DNA from: an uncultured Bacilli bacterium
Lineage (GTDB): Bacteria > Bacillota_I > Bacilli_A > RF39 > UBA660
Assembly (NCBI GenBank): GCA_944371305.1
Contig: CALVXM010000003.1
Span: 7,115 to 71,114 of the forward strand
Length of the DNA: 64,000 nt
Direction: 5' to 3'
Below are positions 28,314-38,800 of this stretch, piece by piece. The position numbers were made by a program, and so were the translations under genes. The notes below the pieces were generated by a model. It was not told the DNA's origin. It did not search any database and saw only the letters and a list, made by a program, of their open reading frames with translations. How positions within the stretch are numbered: the stretch's first letter is position 1; the number at the start of each line of letters is the position of its first letter.

Positions 28314-29651
28314 ATGAATGTTAAAGAAAAAGCCAAGTTATTTGCAATCAATGCTCATATGGGACAAGTTAGAAAAAGTGACCCTGACAAGCCAATGATT
28401 ATTCATCCAATTAGTGTTGGTCAACTATTAGAATCATTAGGTTATGATGATAACGTCGTATCAGCTGGTTACCTACATGATGTGGTTGAAGATACAAAAT
28501 ATACCATTACCGATATTGAAAAAGAATTCGGTTATGATATTGCATCTTTAGTAATGGATGCCTCTGAACCAGATAAAAAACTATCTTGGGAAGAGAGAAA
28601 AAAGCATACTATTGAAAAAACTAAAAATCTACCTTTAAGAAACAAACTAGTTATCTGTGCTGATAAAATAAACAATTTAGAGGATTTATTTTTAAAATTT
28701 GAAAAAAGTGGTATAAGAGATTTTAGCGCTTTTAAAAAAGGTGAAAATGAACAAAAATGGTACTATACTAGCATTTATGAAAGTTTAATAACAAATGAAG
28801 ATAAAAATTTGCCTATATTTATAAAATTAAAAGATATATTAGACAAAGTATTTTATCAAAAAGAAAATTTGTTTTTAAAAGACACAATTTTTAGTGATGA
28901 TGTAAATTACTATATAAAACTAAAACAATTACATGCTCAAAAAATAGAACTTCAACATTTAAAATCTCTATGTTCATTAGCTAAACCTTTTGTTGTTGAA
29001 TTTAGTGGCACTCCAAGGACAGGAAAAACAACTGCCATTAATAACCTTTATGATTTTTTTAAAAAAGGTGGCTTTGATGTTGCATTAATCGAAGAATTTA
29101 CTACTTCTAAATATTATAAAGAACTCTTAAAAAAGAAGTTTGATCAAATGAATTTAGGAGATGGAAATATTGCTATTTTAGAAGAAGTCTATAAACAATT
29201 AAAGCAAATCCTTTCACAAAATAAAGACATCATTTTGATCGATCGTTCAATAAATGATCGGCAAATTTGGAACTATCAAAGGTTTTTACGTGGTGATATG
29301 TCAAATGATTTATATTATATCAATCGAGAAAAATATTCAAAACTATCCAAAGAATTAATTGATTTTTTAATAATTACTTATGCTAATCCTTTAATTTCTT
29401 TAAAAAGAGACTATCTATCAAGTTTAGCTTTAGAACAAAGAAGCTTCTTAAATGAACAAAATATTGAAGAATTTAACAATAGTTTAAATGCTTTACAAAA
29501 TTTATTTTTAGAAAGTGTTGATAATATGATTCTATTAGATACTTCCAACATGGAAATAAACGATGTTTCAACAACTATTGCTTCACAAATTATGCCAGTA
29601 ATGCGAAAAAAATACATTGATTCTTTTAAAAAAAAATATAATTTAAAATAA
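28314..29651 (+). CDS. Fusion protein: N-terminal HD-domain (p)ppGpp-hydrolase-like (SpoT/Mesh1 type) plus C-terminal dNK-like P-loop nucleoside/nucleotide kinase
   Basis: N-terminus: AINAHMGQVRKSDPDKPMIIHPISV...AGYLHDVVEDT...VICADKINNLEDL matches the RelA/SpoT hydrolase HD pattern. C-terminus: Walker A FSGTPRTGKTT and a DRS motif (ILIDRSINDRQIW), as in deoxynucleoside kinase/dNMP kinase families. Lies 11 nt downstream of the sigma gene. Confidence 0.7.
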   Translation: MNVKEKAKLFAINAHMGQVRKSDPDKPMIIHPISVGQLLESLGYDDNVVSAGYLHDVVEDTKYTITDIEKEFGYDIASLVMDASEPDKKLSWEERKKHTIEKTKNLPLRNKLVICADKINNLEDLFLKFEKSGIRDFSAFKKGENEQKWYYTSIYESLITNEDKNLPIFIKLKDILDKVFYQKENLFLKDTIFSDDVNYYIKLKQLHAQKIELQHLKSLCSLAKPFVVEFSGTPRTGKTTAINNLYDFFKKGGFDVALIEEFTTSKYYKELLKKKFDQMNLGDGNIAILEEVYKQLKQILSQNKDIILIDRSINDRQIWNYQRFLRGDMSNDLYYINREKYSKLSKELIDFLIITYANPLISLKRDYLSSLALEQRSFLNEQNIEEFNNSLNALQNLFLESVDNMILLDTSNMEINDVSTTIASQIMPVMRKKYIDSFKKKYNLK

Positions 29652-29767
29652 AAAAATCTAATACTAATTCTATATAAATAATTTAGATAATACCTACTAA
29701 CTAACAAAATTATGTCATAACATTATAAATAAAATATGTTATAATCAAAATATGAAAGGATGATTTT

Positions 29768-30202
29768 ATGTTTAAGATAGCAAAATTAGAAAAAGTTGAT
29801 AATGAACAAATTAATATTAATTTAATAAAACTAGAGAAAAACAAACATGAAAATAATAAAAAAATTACTTCTGAAACTTTTAAAACATTATCTTTTGATA
29901 TTTCAGGTGGTGATTATTCATTTAGTTTTCTTCTAAAATGTAGACTAGAAAAATTACTTGAAATTCCAATGAGTAAAACAATGGATTTTAAAGATTATAT
30001 TTTTTATGGTGAAACTTGGTTAAATATTAAAAATCAAAAAGGATTTCTTGACCCAAAAATGGATATAACTATAAATAGATATTTGAAAAACAAATTTATT
30101 ATATCCTTAACATTTTGTACTGATGAAGATAATGATAACTATAGTGGTATGATTGAATTTACGTTTAATTTAGATGATTATTTAAATATTGATGACAAAT
30201 AA
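29768..30202 (+). CDS. Hypothetical protein (144 aa)
   Basis: ORF with no recognisable motifs. Followed by the AAAAAGCGCTTTTTT hairpin region. Confidence 0.45.
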   Translation: MFKIAKLEKVDNEQININLIKLEKNKHENNKKITSETFKTLSFDISGGDYSFSFLLKCRLEKLLEIPMSKTMDFKDYIFYGETWLNIKNQKGFLDPKMDITINRYLKNKFIISLTFCTDEDNDNYSGMIEFTFNLDDYLNIDDK

Positions 30203-30433
30203 GTATAATAATCAGATAAATTAATAATTAAAAATGATATTATAAAAAATAACCAACAATATCAAGTAAACATAATTAAAAAAGATACAACTACCTACTT
30301 AAAAATTTAATTATTAAATAATGCGTTTTTGTTAAAAAGCGCTTTTTTATTACTTTTATACAAAAAAAACTAACTATTTCTAGTCAGCATTTACTATCCT
30401 CGAAATTTCAAAAATTCGAGTTTCCTATCATAT

Positions 30434-30508
30434 TGGAGGGCCTAGCCGGACTCGAACCGACGCTCGGGGAGTTGCAGTCCCATGCCTTACCAACTTGGCT
30501 ATAGACCC
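30434..30508 (-). tRNA. tRNA-Cys (GCA)
   Basis: Minus-strand 75-nt sequence GGGTCTATAGCCAAGTTGGTAAGGCATGGGACTGCAACTCCCCGAGCGTCGGTTCGAGTCCGGCTAGGCCCTCCA. 7-bp acceptor stem, D-arm, anticodon loop CTGCAAC (GCA), T-arm GTCGG-TTCGAGT-CCGGC, encoded CCA. 4-nt variable loop. One non-canonical 27-43 pair. Confidence 0.85.
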
Positions 30509-30571
30509 ATATGAATAAATTATAGCAAAATATCTAAATATAAGCAATACTTTTACTATAATTTATTCTAT

Positions 30572-32359
30572 TTAATTATATTTATCTTCAAATAAATTAT
30601 ACCTAATTAAACTATTAGATATCTCGATTATATCTCTAGCATAAGCCTCTTTTGAGGTAATATATTCTTCACTAACCTCACTATATTTTTTATATTCACT
30701 AAGTTGATTATTATAATAAATTTCATCCGTCAACCAATTACCATTTGGGAAAACAACGATATTGTCATCAACACTAAATATATCATTGCCTAAAGCATAA
30801 GGGTAATCAAAATCAAACATATTACCTAAAGTAGGCATTAAATCATATGAACCCATAACTTTATCAATATTTCCTTTTACTAAATTGTCTTTAGTCCAAA
30901 TAATTAAAGGTACTCGCGTTATTTTTTCATACTCATAAAAATCAATATCTTTTTTCAAATAATATTCATAATCTTTAATACTAAATTTCGCATCATGATC
31001 ACCATAAATAACAATTACTGTATCATCTAAAACTCCTAAACTATCTAATTTAGCTATAAATTCACCAATTGCCTCATCAGAATAATGTAACAATTTTATA
31101 TAATCCCCCATTTTAGTTCCTTCCATATAATCAACATCAAAAGAAACTTTACCATCATTATAAAAAGGTGTATGATTAGTAAGCATAATTAAAGTTCCAT
31201 AAAAATGATCATAATTATTAGAAATATCATTAATCATATCAGCAGACTGACTAAAAAATGATTTATCAGATAAACCTAAACCTATTTGATCAGTCAAATC
31301 ATAAGCATCATAACAATAAAAATGATCATAACCGATTGATTGATACATTTTATTGCGATTCCAATAATTACATATATTACCATGCATACTAAAAGTATAA
31401 TAACCTTTTTGTTTAAAAGCTTTAACCATTGATTGATAATTATTATCATCATAATTTATAAACACAGTCCCAGTTCCAACCGGTAAAATAGAATTAGTTA
31501 CTACAAATTCCGTATCACTACTAGTTCCAACACTTTCTTGTGAATAATAATTACTAAAATATAATCCTTCACTAGCTAATTTATTTAAATTTGGTGTTAT
31601 TTCCTGTCCATTTATTTCAGAATTTAGATACAATGATTGAACACTCTCAGCATGAATAAATAAAACATTTTTATCTTTAAAAATATCTGTATATTGATTA
31701 GTATCAATCTTTTTATTGTTGTAAAATTCATCTATTAAAATTTTGGCCTCTTCCTTGCCACAATCTTTACAAATAAATTTAGATCCAACATAAAACATAT
31801 CTTTTAACTGATAGGTGTATATTCCAAAATTACGAACAACATAAGCTTTATTCCAATCGTTTTTAAGGCGATATAAATCATTATTATTGATTGTTAATAT
31901 TGAAATAACTAAAAGTCCAAAACAAGACAAAAAACAATATTTAAACTTATTAAATTCTCTTTCATATTTGTTTTTTCGATACAAAAATATAAATAAAATA
32001 ATTTGCCAAATAAAGATAAAATCGACGGCGTTAAAAACACCGGTAACAGCTTCACTTGGTAACATTAAAGCTTGTAAAGATGTTTCCAACAAATAAATTG
32101 ATGCAAAATCATTATAATTATTATAATATAATGAGTTTGCACAACAAATAAAAGTTAAAATAATTGAAAATATCAAAAAATATAAAGTTCTTCTTTTTAC
32201 TAGAAAAGAAAAACTACTAATAAATAACAGTATAACAAGATCAAATAGGATAAATTTGATATTATTGCATCCGGTCGTCAAAAATAATAATAATATACTA
32301 TTAATTAAACTAGATACAATAAATATCAAAAATAAATAATTTTTCTTAACAAATTTCAT
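30572..32359 (-). CDS. LTA synthase family protein (LtaS-like polyglycerolphosphate transferase, sulfatase fold)
   Basis: Five N-terminal TM helices, then FIHAESVQSLYLN...ITPNLNKLASEGLYFSNYYSQ...VGTSSDTEF, which are LtaS/sulfatase motifs. Overlaps the ZIP gene stop. Confidence 0.8.
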   Translation of the reverse strand: MKFVKKNYLFLIFIVSSLINSILLLFLTTGCNNIKFILFDLVILLFISSFSFLVKRRTLYFLIFSIILTFICCANSLYYNNYNDFASIYLLETSLQALMLPSEAVTGVFNAVDFIFIWQIILFIFLYRKNKYEREFNKFKYCFLSCFGLLVISILTINNNDLYRLKNDWNKAYVVRNFGIYTYQLKDMFYVGSKFICKDCGKEEAKILIDEFYNNKKIDTNQYTDIFKDKNVLFIHAESVQSLYLNSEINGQEITPNLNKLASEGLYFSNYYSQESVGTSSDTEFVVTNSILPVGTGTVFINYDDNNYQSMVKAFKQKGYYTFSMHGNICNYWNRNKMYQSIGYDHFYCYDAYDLTDQIGLGLSDKSFFSQSADMINDISNNYDHFYGTLIMLTNHTPFYNDGKVSFDVDYMEGTKMGDYIKLLHYSDEAIGEFIAKLDSLGVLDDTVIVIYGDHDAKFSIKDYEYYLKKDIDFYEYEKITRVPLIIWTKDNLVKGNIDKVMGSYDLMPTLGNMFDFDYPYALGNDIFSVDDNIVVFPNGNWLTDEIYYNNQLSEYKKYSEVSEEYITSKEAYARDIIEISNSLIRYNLFEDKYN

Positions 32360-33072
32360 TAGTGACTATGAAATAATAAACTAATTAAAACGATAATTGC
32401 TCCTATTACTAATCCTGTTATATTATCCTTTTTATTTTGATGTAATAAATGTCGGTATAACTCAAAAAATACAATATAAATAAGCATACCTAAAGTTATG
32501 GCAAACATAATTCCAATTATATATTCACTAACACTACCAAGCAAGCATATAATAAAGCCACCTACTAATGTCGATAAAGAAATTAAAAAACTAATCAAAA
32601 GAATATTTCTTTTTTCATATTTTGCATCTCTTAAAGTGCTACCAATTATCATTCCCATTGGAATATTGTGTAATCCAATCCCTATTCCTAATAATATTCC
32701 TAAATTTAAATTACTATTTAAACTAGAATATAAAACCATTCCCTCAATTAAATTGTGAACAATTAAAGCAATAGCTGACATTAAACCAATATGAAATGAA
32801 TGGTCACCCTTACTAGAATGTTCATGATGTGGTATTGAAATATCCAATAACTTTAATAGTAACAAACCAACTAAAGCATAAGTTATCATTTCAAAATAAT
32901 TCAAGCTTTCTAAAGTATGAGGTATAATTTCTAAAAATATCAATAAAAGTAATACACTAAAAGCAATACTAATTGATAATTGTGATATTTTTTTACTTCT
33001 TTTAATCATCAAGACAATAAATGTTCCAATAAAAACAGTTAACCCGAATAAAAATGTAATAAATAATTTCAT
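32359..33072 (-). CDS. ZIP-family divalent metal transporter (ZupT-like)
   Basis: HNIPMG (compare HNIPEG) and HHEHSSKGDHSFH histidine-rich loop. 8 TM segments. Confidence 0.8.
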   Translation of the reverse strand: MKLFITFLFGLTVFIGTFIVLMIKRSKKISQLSISIAFSVLLLLIFLEIIPHTLESLNYFEMITYALVGLLLLKLLDISIPHHEHSSKGDHSFHIGLMSAIALIVHNLIEGMVLYSSLNSNLNLGILLGIGIGLHNIPMGMIIGSTLRDAKYEKRNILLISFLISLSTLVGGFIICLLGSVSEYIIGIMFAITLGMLIYIVFFELYRHLLHQNKKDNITGLVIGAIIVLISLLFHSH

Positions 33073-33080
33073 AGTTCCCC

Positions 33081-35357
33081 CTAACTAAAAATTTTAGGAT
33101 ATTTTTTTATCAATTTATTTACTAATAAACTCATTACACCAAATAAAAATAATGAGATAAAAACTAGTATAACACATAATATAAACATTTGGTAGTTTAA
33201 AATAGTTAAAGCAAAGAAATTTCTAAAACCAATTAAGGTACCAATAAATCCCAATATTAAAATAATGATAAGACTTAATCTTAATTTATTTAAAGGAAAA
33301 CATATCTTAAATAACAATAAAAATCCTGTAAACCCTGTCATTATAACACATAGTGTCGATATCTGTACATCACTTAACGATAAAAGATTACTTAACAAAG
33401 CAATTATAATGATATTTGAAACAATTGTAAGTGAAGTTGGTAAAGATTTACTAAAAACATTTATCAAAAAATTTCCTTTAATACGATTATTATTAGGTTC
33501 TAAGGCTAAGATAAAAGAAGGAACTCCGATTGTAAAGAAATTAGTTAGAGTTAATTGAATAGGTTGAAAAGGATAATTGAAATCAACAAGGATAAAAATA
33601 AGAGCTAAAAAGAAAGCATAACCAGTTTTAGCTAAAAATAAAGTTGCACTTCTTTCAATATTATTAATAGTTCTCCTACCCTCTTTAACAATATCAGATA
33701 TTGAATCAAAATCATCATCTAATAAAACTAGTTGGCTAACATTTCGAGCAGCATCAGTAGCATTTTTAATCGTAATACTACAATCTGCTTGTTTTAAAGC
33801 TAAAACATCATTAACTCCATCACCAGTCATTGCGACAAAATGTTTATTTTTTTGTAATAATTCAACCATTTGTTTCTTTTGAATTGGAGTAACCCTAGCA
33901 AAAATATTATTATTAGCTAAAGCTTCTTCTAAAGATTTTTCATCTAATGTAGAAACATCAACGCTTCGAATATCCGATAATCCTGCATCACGAGCTATTT
34001 TACTTACCGTCTTGACATTATCACCAGATATAATTTTAATATCGACACCTTGCTTACTTAAATAATTTAAAGTTTTTTTGGCATTCTTTCTAATTGTATC
34101 TTTTAAAACAATAACACCAATTGGTTTATCTTCACAACAAAGAAGTAAAGTCCGATTATCCTGATTATCGTCAACTTCTTTAATTTTTTTATTGGTTAGA
34201 AATTCTGGTGCTCCTATAATAAATTTACCTTCAGCACATTCGATTCCACTATATTTGTAAACTGAAGAAAAAGGTATTTTTTTTATAACTTGATAGTTAT
34301 CATATTTATCAAAATATTTACTTATCGCTTCACTAGTAGCATTATCAACTTCTAAGTTATTAACAATATTTCCCATTATCTCTTTAATATTATATTTATC
34401 ATCTAACGGAATAACATTTATTACTTCCATTTTACCATCAGTAATTGTTCCTGTTTTATCTAAACAAATAGTATCAACTCGTGCTAGCATTTCAATACAG
34501 TATAATTCTTGAATCAAAACATTTAATCTAGCTAATCTAATAACAGATACTGCTAAAACAGTACTTGTTAATAAAACTAATCCTTCTGGTATCATACCAA
34601 TTAAAGCCGCAACTGTATTAATAACCGCTAACTCTAAATTTTTATCTAAATTATATTGATTTATAAATAATAAAATTCCTAAAGGTATAATTAAAATAGA
34701 AACTATTTTAATTATCTTATTTAAAGAATTCATAAGAATCGAATTAATCGGTTTAACATATTTGGCATCTTTACTAATAACATTAGTATAATTATCTAAT
34801 GAAACATGCTCAACCTTAGCTTTACAATTACCAACAACTACAAAACTACCTGATTTAAGCATATCGCCTTTTTTATAAGTTATTAACTCACTTTCACCAG
34901 TAATAAATGATTCATTAACAGCAACTTCGCCACTTAAAATTACAGCATCAGTTACAATTTGATTACCAGCTTTGTATAAAATAATATCATCTAAAACAAT
35001 ATTTTCATTATTAATAGACTTAATTTTACCATTTCGAATAACATTAGCCTTAGTAGCTGTAACAATCGATAGCTTATCAATTACTAGCTTTGATCTTATT
35101 TCTTGAATAGTACTGATTAAAGTATTACATATGACAATTCCCATAAATAATAAATTTTTATATGATCCAACAGCAAAAATAGCCAAAGCCAAAAGAAAAT
35201 TAAGAAGATTAAATAAAGTAAAAATATTATTCATAATAATTTTAGGAATGGTTTTAGTGGGAACTGTTTCATCTTTATTATTTAGCCCCCGCACCATTCG
35301 TTGTTTAACTTGTGAGGTATTCAAACCTTCATCTATTTTAGGATCAAATCTTTCCAT
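33081..35357 (-). CDS. Cation-transporting P-type ATPase (HAD-IC family, P2-like)
   Basis: TGES, DKTGTITDG and GDGVNDVLALKQAD motifs. SD AAGAAGG. First gene of the ATPase-ZIP-LtaS operon. Confidence 0.9.
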   Translation of the reverse strand: MERFDPKIDEGLNTSQVKQRMVRGLNNKDETVPTKTIPKIIMNNIFTLFNLLNFLLALAIFAVGSYKNLLFMGIVICNTLISTIQEIRSKLVIDKLSIVTATKANVIRNGKIKSINNENIVLDDIILYKAGNQIVTDAVILSGEVAVNESFITGESELITYKKGDMLKSGSFVVVGNCKAKVEHVSLDNYTNVISKDAKYVKPINSILMNSLNKIIKIVSILIIPLGILLFINQYNLDKNLELAVINTVAALIGMIPEGLVLLTSTVLAVSVIRLARLNVLIQELYCIEMLARVDTICLDKTGTITDGKMEVINVIPLDDKYNIKEIMGNIVNNLEVDNATSEAISKYFDKYDNYQVIKKIPFSSVYKYSGIECAEGKFIIGAPEFLTNKKIKEVDDNQDNRTLLLCCEDKPIGVIVLKDTIRKNAKKTLNYLSKQGVDIKIISGDNVKTVSKIARDAGLSDIRSVDVSTLDEKSLEEALANNNIFARVTPIQKKQMVELLQKNKHFVAMTGDGVNDVLALKQADCSITIKNATDAARNVSQLVLLDDDFDSISDIVKEGRRTINNIERSATLFLAKTGYAFFLALIFILVDFNYPFQPIQLTLTNFFTIGVPSFILALEPNNNRIKGNFLINVFSKSLPTSLTIVSNIIIIALLSNLLSLSDVQISTLCVIMTGFTGFLLLFKICFPLNKLRLSLIIILILGFIGTLIGFRNFFALTILNYQMFILCVILVFISLFLFGVMSLLVNKLIKKYPKIFS

Positions 35358-35598
35358 AGTATCAACCTTCTTTTATTATTCTACCACGCCAAATTAATTA
35401 TATCAAAAAAAATTAATATTTTTAATGACAATTTTGTAATGTTACAATATTTTATAAAAGCTAGTTAATTTGTTGTTGATTTTTGCATTAAATTAACTTA
35501 TAATTAATATAGAGATATATTTAATAGTTAGGTGTTTTACTCCATTAGCAATATTATCTTTTGGTTTTGAGATGTTATTGTTTAAGGAGATGATTTCT

Positions 35599-35688
35599 AT
35601 GGTAAAAAAAACTATAGAAAGGTTTAATTCCAATGGAATTAGTAGTTATTTTTATAACTATTGTATTTTATACAATCTTAGTCCTTAA
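35599..35688 (+). CDS. Candidate small protein (29 aa) with canonical SD
   Basis: AAGGAGA at 35584..35590, 8 nt before an ATG. Peptide MVKKTIERFNSNGISSYFYNYCILYNLSP. Followed by the hairpin at 35707..35745. Lies alone on the plus strand inside a 520-nt gap between minus-strand genes. Confidence 0.3.
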   Translation: MVKKTIERFNSNGISSYFYNYCILYNLSP

Positions 35689-35706
35689 AAAAGACTAATC
35701 TTAAAT

Positions 35707-35745
35707 GAAAACACCGAATCAACTTCTGAAACGGTGTTTTCTTTA
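35707..35745. terminator. Stem-loop terminator in the ATPase/PFOR intergenic gap
   Basis: GAAAACACCG-(15-nt loop)-CGGTGTTTTC 10-bp GC-containing stem flanked by A/T runs. Could serve PFOR (-) and/or the small ORF (+). Confidence 0.5.
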
Positions 35746-35877
35746 AATGAAAAACTTTAGAGTAAAACATCTAACCTGCAATATTAAATGTATCTCTTTT
35801 TTATTATATGATGATTTCTCATCTATATACATTTTACTATAAATTAATCTTGTTGTCAATATATAAAAATTAAGTGA

Positions 35878-38800
35878 TTATTCCTCACTTAATTTTTTAT
35901 AATATTCATAAGTTTTAATAGCATTTTCTTTATTTAGTTTTAATAACTCATCGGCTTCATTATTTATTTTATTTAAAACTGTATATCTAGTTTGTTTATT
36001 TAAAAATTCTTCATAAAGACTAAAATCAGGATTACAATCTAGACTAAATTTAGTTAATGGATTTCTTCTAAAGATTGGAAAATAGCCACATTTAACAGCT
36101 TCTTTCTCCATTTCTAAACTATTACTCATACCACCCATGATACCATGAGAAATACAAGGGGCATAAGCAATAATAATAGCTGGACCATTATAACTATTAG
36201 CTTCGTTAAAAGCTTTAATTAATTGCATTGGATTTGCTGATAATGATACTTGAGCAACATAAACATGAGGATAAGCCATCATCATTTTAGCCAAATCTTT
36301 TTTATTAGTTTTTTTACCAGAACTTGCAAATAAGGCAACACTACCAATTGGCGTAGCCTTACTAGATTGACCACCAGTATTAGAATAAACTTGGGTATCT
36401 AAAACCAATATTTTAACATTTTCACCACTAGCTAAAACATGATCTATTCCTGAAAAACCAATATCATAAGCCCAACCATCGCCCCCAATCATCCAAATAT
36501 TTCTTCTTACAATGTAATCTTTATAAGGTAACAATTCAGGATACTTATTAAAATCTATAGTATCATAATATTTTTTAGTTATATTATAATCATTAATATT
36601 TTCGATATATTCTTTAAATTCTGGGTACTTACTCATAATTTTAACAATTTTAGCTTTATTATATTTATCAGCTTGAACAAAGCCAAAACCGTATTCGGCA
36701 TTATCCTCAAATAAGGAGCTTGCCCAAGGAATAGTATATGGTGTTGAGGGAGCACTAGCGCCATAAATTGAAGAACAACCAGTCGCATTAGCAATAATCA
36801 TACTATCGCCAAATAATTGCGTTAATAGTTTAATATAAGCTGGTTGACCACATCCTGCACAAGCACCACTAAATTCTATTTTTGGTTCTCTAAATTGGGT
36901 ATTTTTAACATTGTTTAAATTAGTTTCTTTACAAGTAATATTTTTAGATAAATAATCAAATATTTTTTGTTCTTGTTCTTCATCAACTAATTTAGAAAAA
37001 ATAAGTGATTTTTCTTTTGACAAACAAGATTTAATACATAATCCACATCCAGTACAATCTTTAACACTAATGCCAATTATAAATTTATCAACACATCTTT
37101 CTTTTATATAATTAGGAGCATTTTCATATTCTTCATCGGATAATTGATATGGTCTAATTACCCCATGTGGACAAACAAAGGAACACATATTACATTTAAT
37201 ACAATTACTGCTAATCCATTTAGGGACAATATCAGAAATACATCTTTTTTCTTCCTTACTTGTTCCTGGTCTGAAAGCACCATCTGGCATTTCATTAAAA
37301 CTAGAAACTGGTAATTTATCGCCTAGTCTTTTACGCATTGCTAAATAAATATCAATATATTTTGGTTTCTCTTCTTGTTTAAAATCATTTTGTAATTCAA
37401 TTTTTTTTAAATAAGTTGTAGCTAAATCGATAGCCTCAATATTAGCTGTCACAATACTTTCACTTTTTAATCCAAAACGTTTATTAACATCATCTTTCAA
37501 ATCAGTTTTAATTTTAGTGAAATCAACTAAATTAGACAAATAGAAAATAATTACTTCCATAATCGTGCTTATCTTATTGCCTAAACCAACTTTTCTAGCT
37601 AATTCATAAGCATTAATAATATAGATTTGAATATTTTTATCTTTAATTATTTTTTTAGTATCATTATCTAAGAAACTATTTACTTCATTTTCAGTTTTAG
37701 TAGTGTTCAAAATAAAGATTCCATTTTCTTTGATATTTGAAAGAATATCAAAATCATTCATATAAGTATCCTTAGTTACAACTACTAAAGACGGATTATC
37801 GACATAGTAGGTAGCTCTAATTGGTTTATCACTAAATCTTAAATGACAATTAGTTACTCCCCCTGATTTCTTAGAATCATATTGAAAATAACCTTGAACA
37901 TATTTATCAGTATTTTTACCGACCAATTTAATTATCGACTTACTAGCGCTAACCATTCCATCAGAACCATAACCATATATTAACATCTCTAATCCATTAT
38001 TTATTTTATAATTTTGTTCTTTTAGACTTAAATTGGTGACATCATCAATAATACCAATAGTAAAATTATTAATAGGATTATCAAGCATATCATAGACAGC
38101 TTTAATTTGACTAGGTGCTGTATTTTTACTAGACAAACCATAACGGCCACCGACTATCTTGATATTTTTATCTTTTAAAACACTGCAAACATCTAAATAC
38201 AAAGGTCCTTCGCTACCGAATTCTTTCGTCCGGTCTAAAACAGCTATTTTAGATACTGTATCAGGTAAAACTTTTTTTAAATAATTAGCAGAAAATGGTC
38301 GGTATAAATGAACTTCAACTAATCCTAAATCTTCATCTAAATCATCAATTACTTCTTTAATTGTTTCACAAACAGACCCCATTGCTACAATTACTTTACT
38401 AGCTTTATTACTACCATAATAATTAAATGGTTGATAATTACTACCAGTTATTTTGTTTATTTTTTCCATATAACTATTCACAATATCAGGAACTTTATCA
38501 TAATAACTATTCCTAATTTCGGTCGCTTGAAAATAAATATCATCACTTTGACTAGTACCATAAGTTTTAGGATTATTTGGATTAATTGCTTTATTTCTAA
38601 ACTCTTGTAATTTATCGTAATTAATCAAATCTTTAATATCGTCACGCTCTAAAACATTTATTTTTTGTAACTCATGACTGGTTCTAAAACCATCAAAAAA
38701 ATGCATAAAAGGAAGACTGCTTTCAATAGCTGATAAATGGGCTACTACACCTAGATAATTAGCATCCGCTACATTACTAGAAGCTAACATATTAAAACCA

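Noticed and set aside
29411-29707. 98-aa ORF antisense to the 3' end of the HD-kinase gene
   Set aside because: Antisense, no SD, F/L/I-rich.
30203-30571. tRNA-Cys as an integration site for a genomic island (sigma/HD-kinase/helicase region)
   Set aside because: No integrase, recombinase or direct repeat of the tRNA 3' end was found in the window. The flanking genes include housekeeping rnhB/nrnA.
31887-35397. Plus-strand ORFs 31887..32096, 32498..32758, 33265..33558, 35131..35397 inside the LtaS/ZIP/ATPase genes
   Set aside because: All are antisense to membrane-protein genes whose hydrophobic codons generate open antisense frames. None has an SD.
35520-35600. Possible M-box (Mg2+) riboswitch suggested by GTTAGGTG... 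upstream region and the nearby P-type ATPase
   Set aside because: The motif is on the plus strand whereas the ATPase is on the minus strand with only a ~30-nt leader. No plus-strand transporter gene follows. The similarity is limited to an 8-mer.
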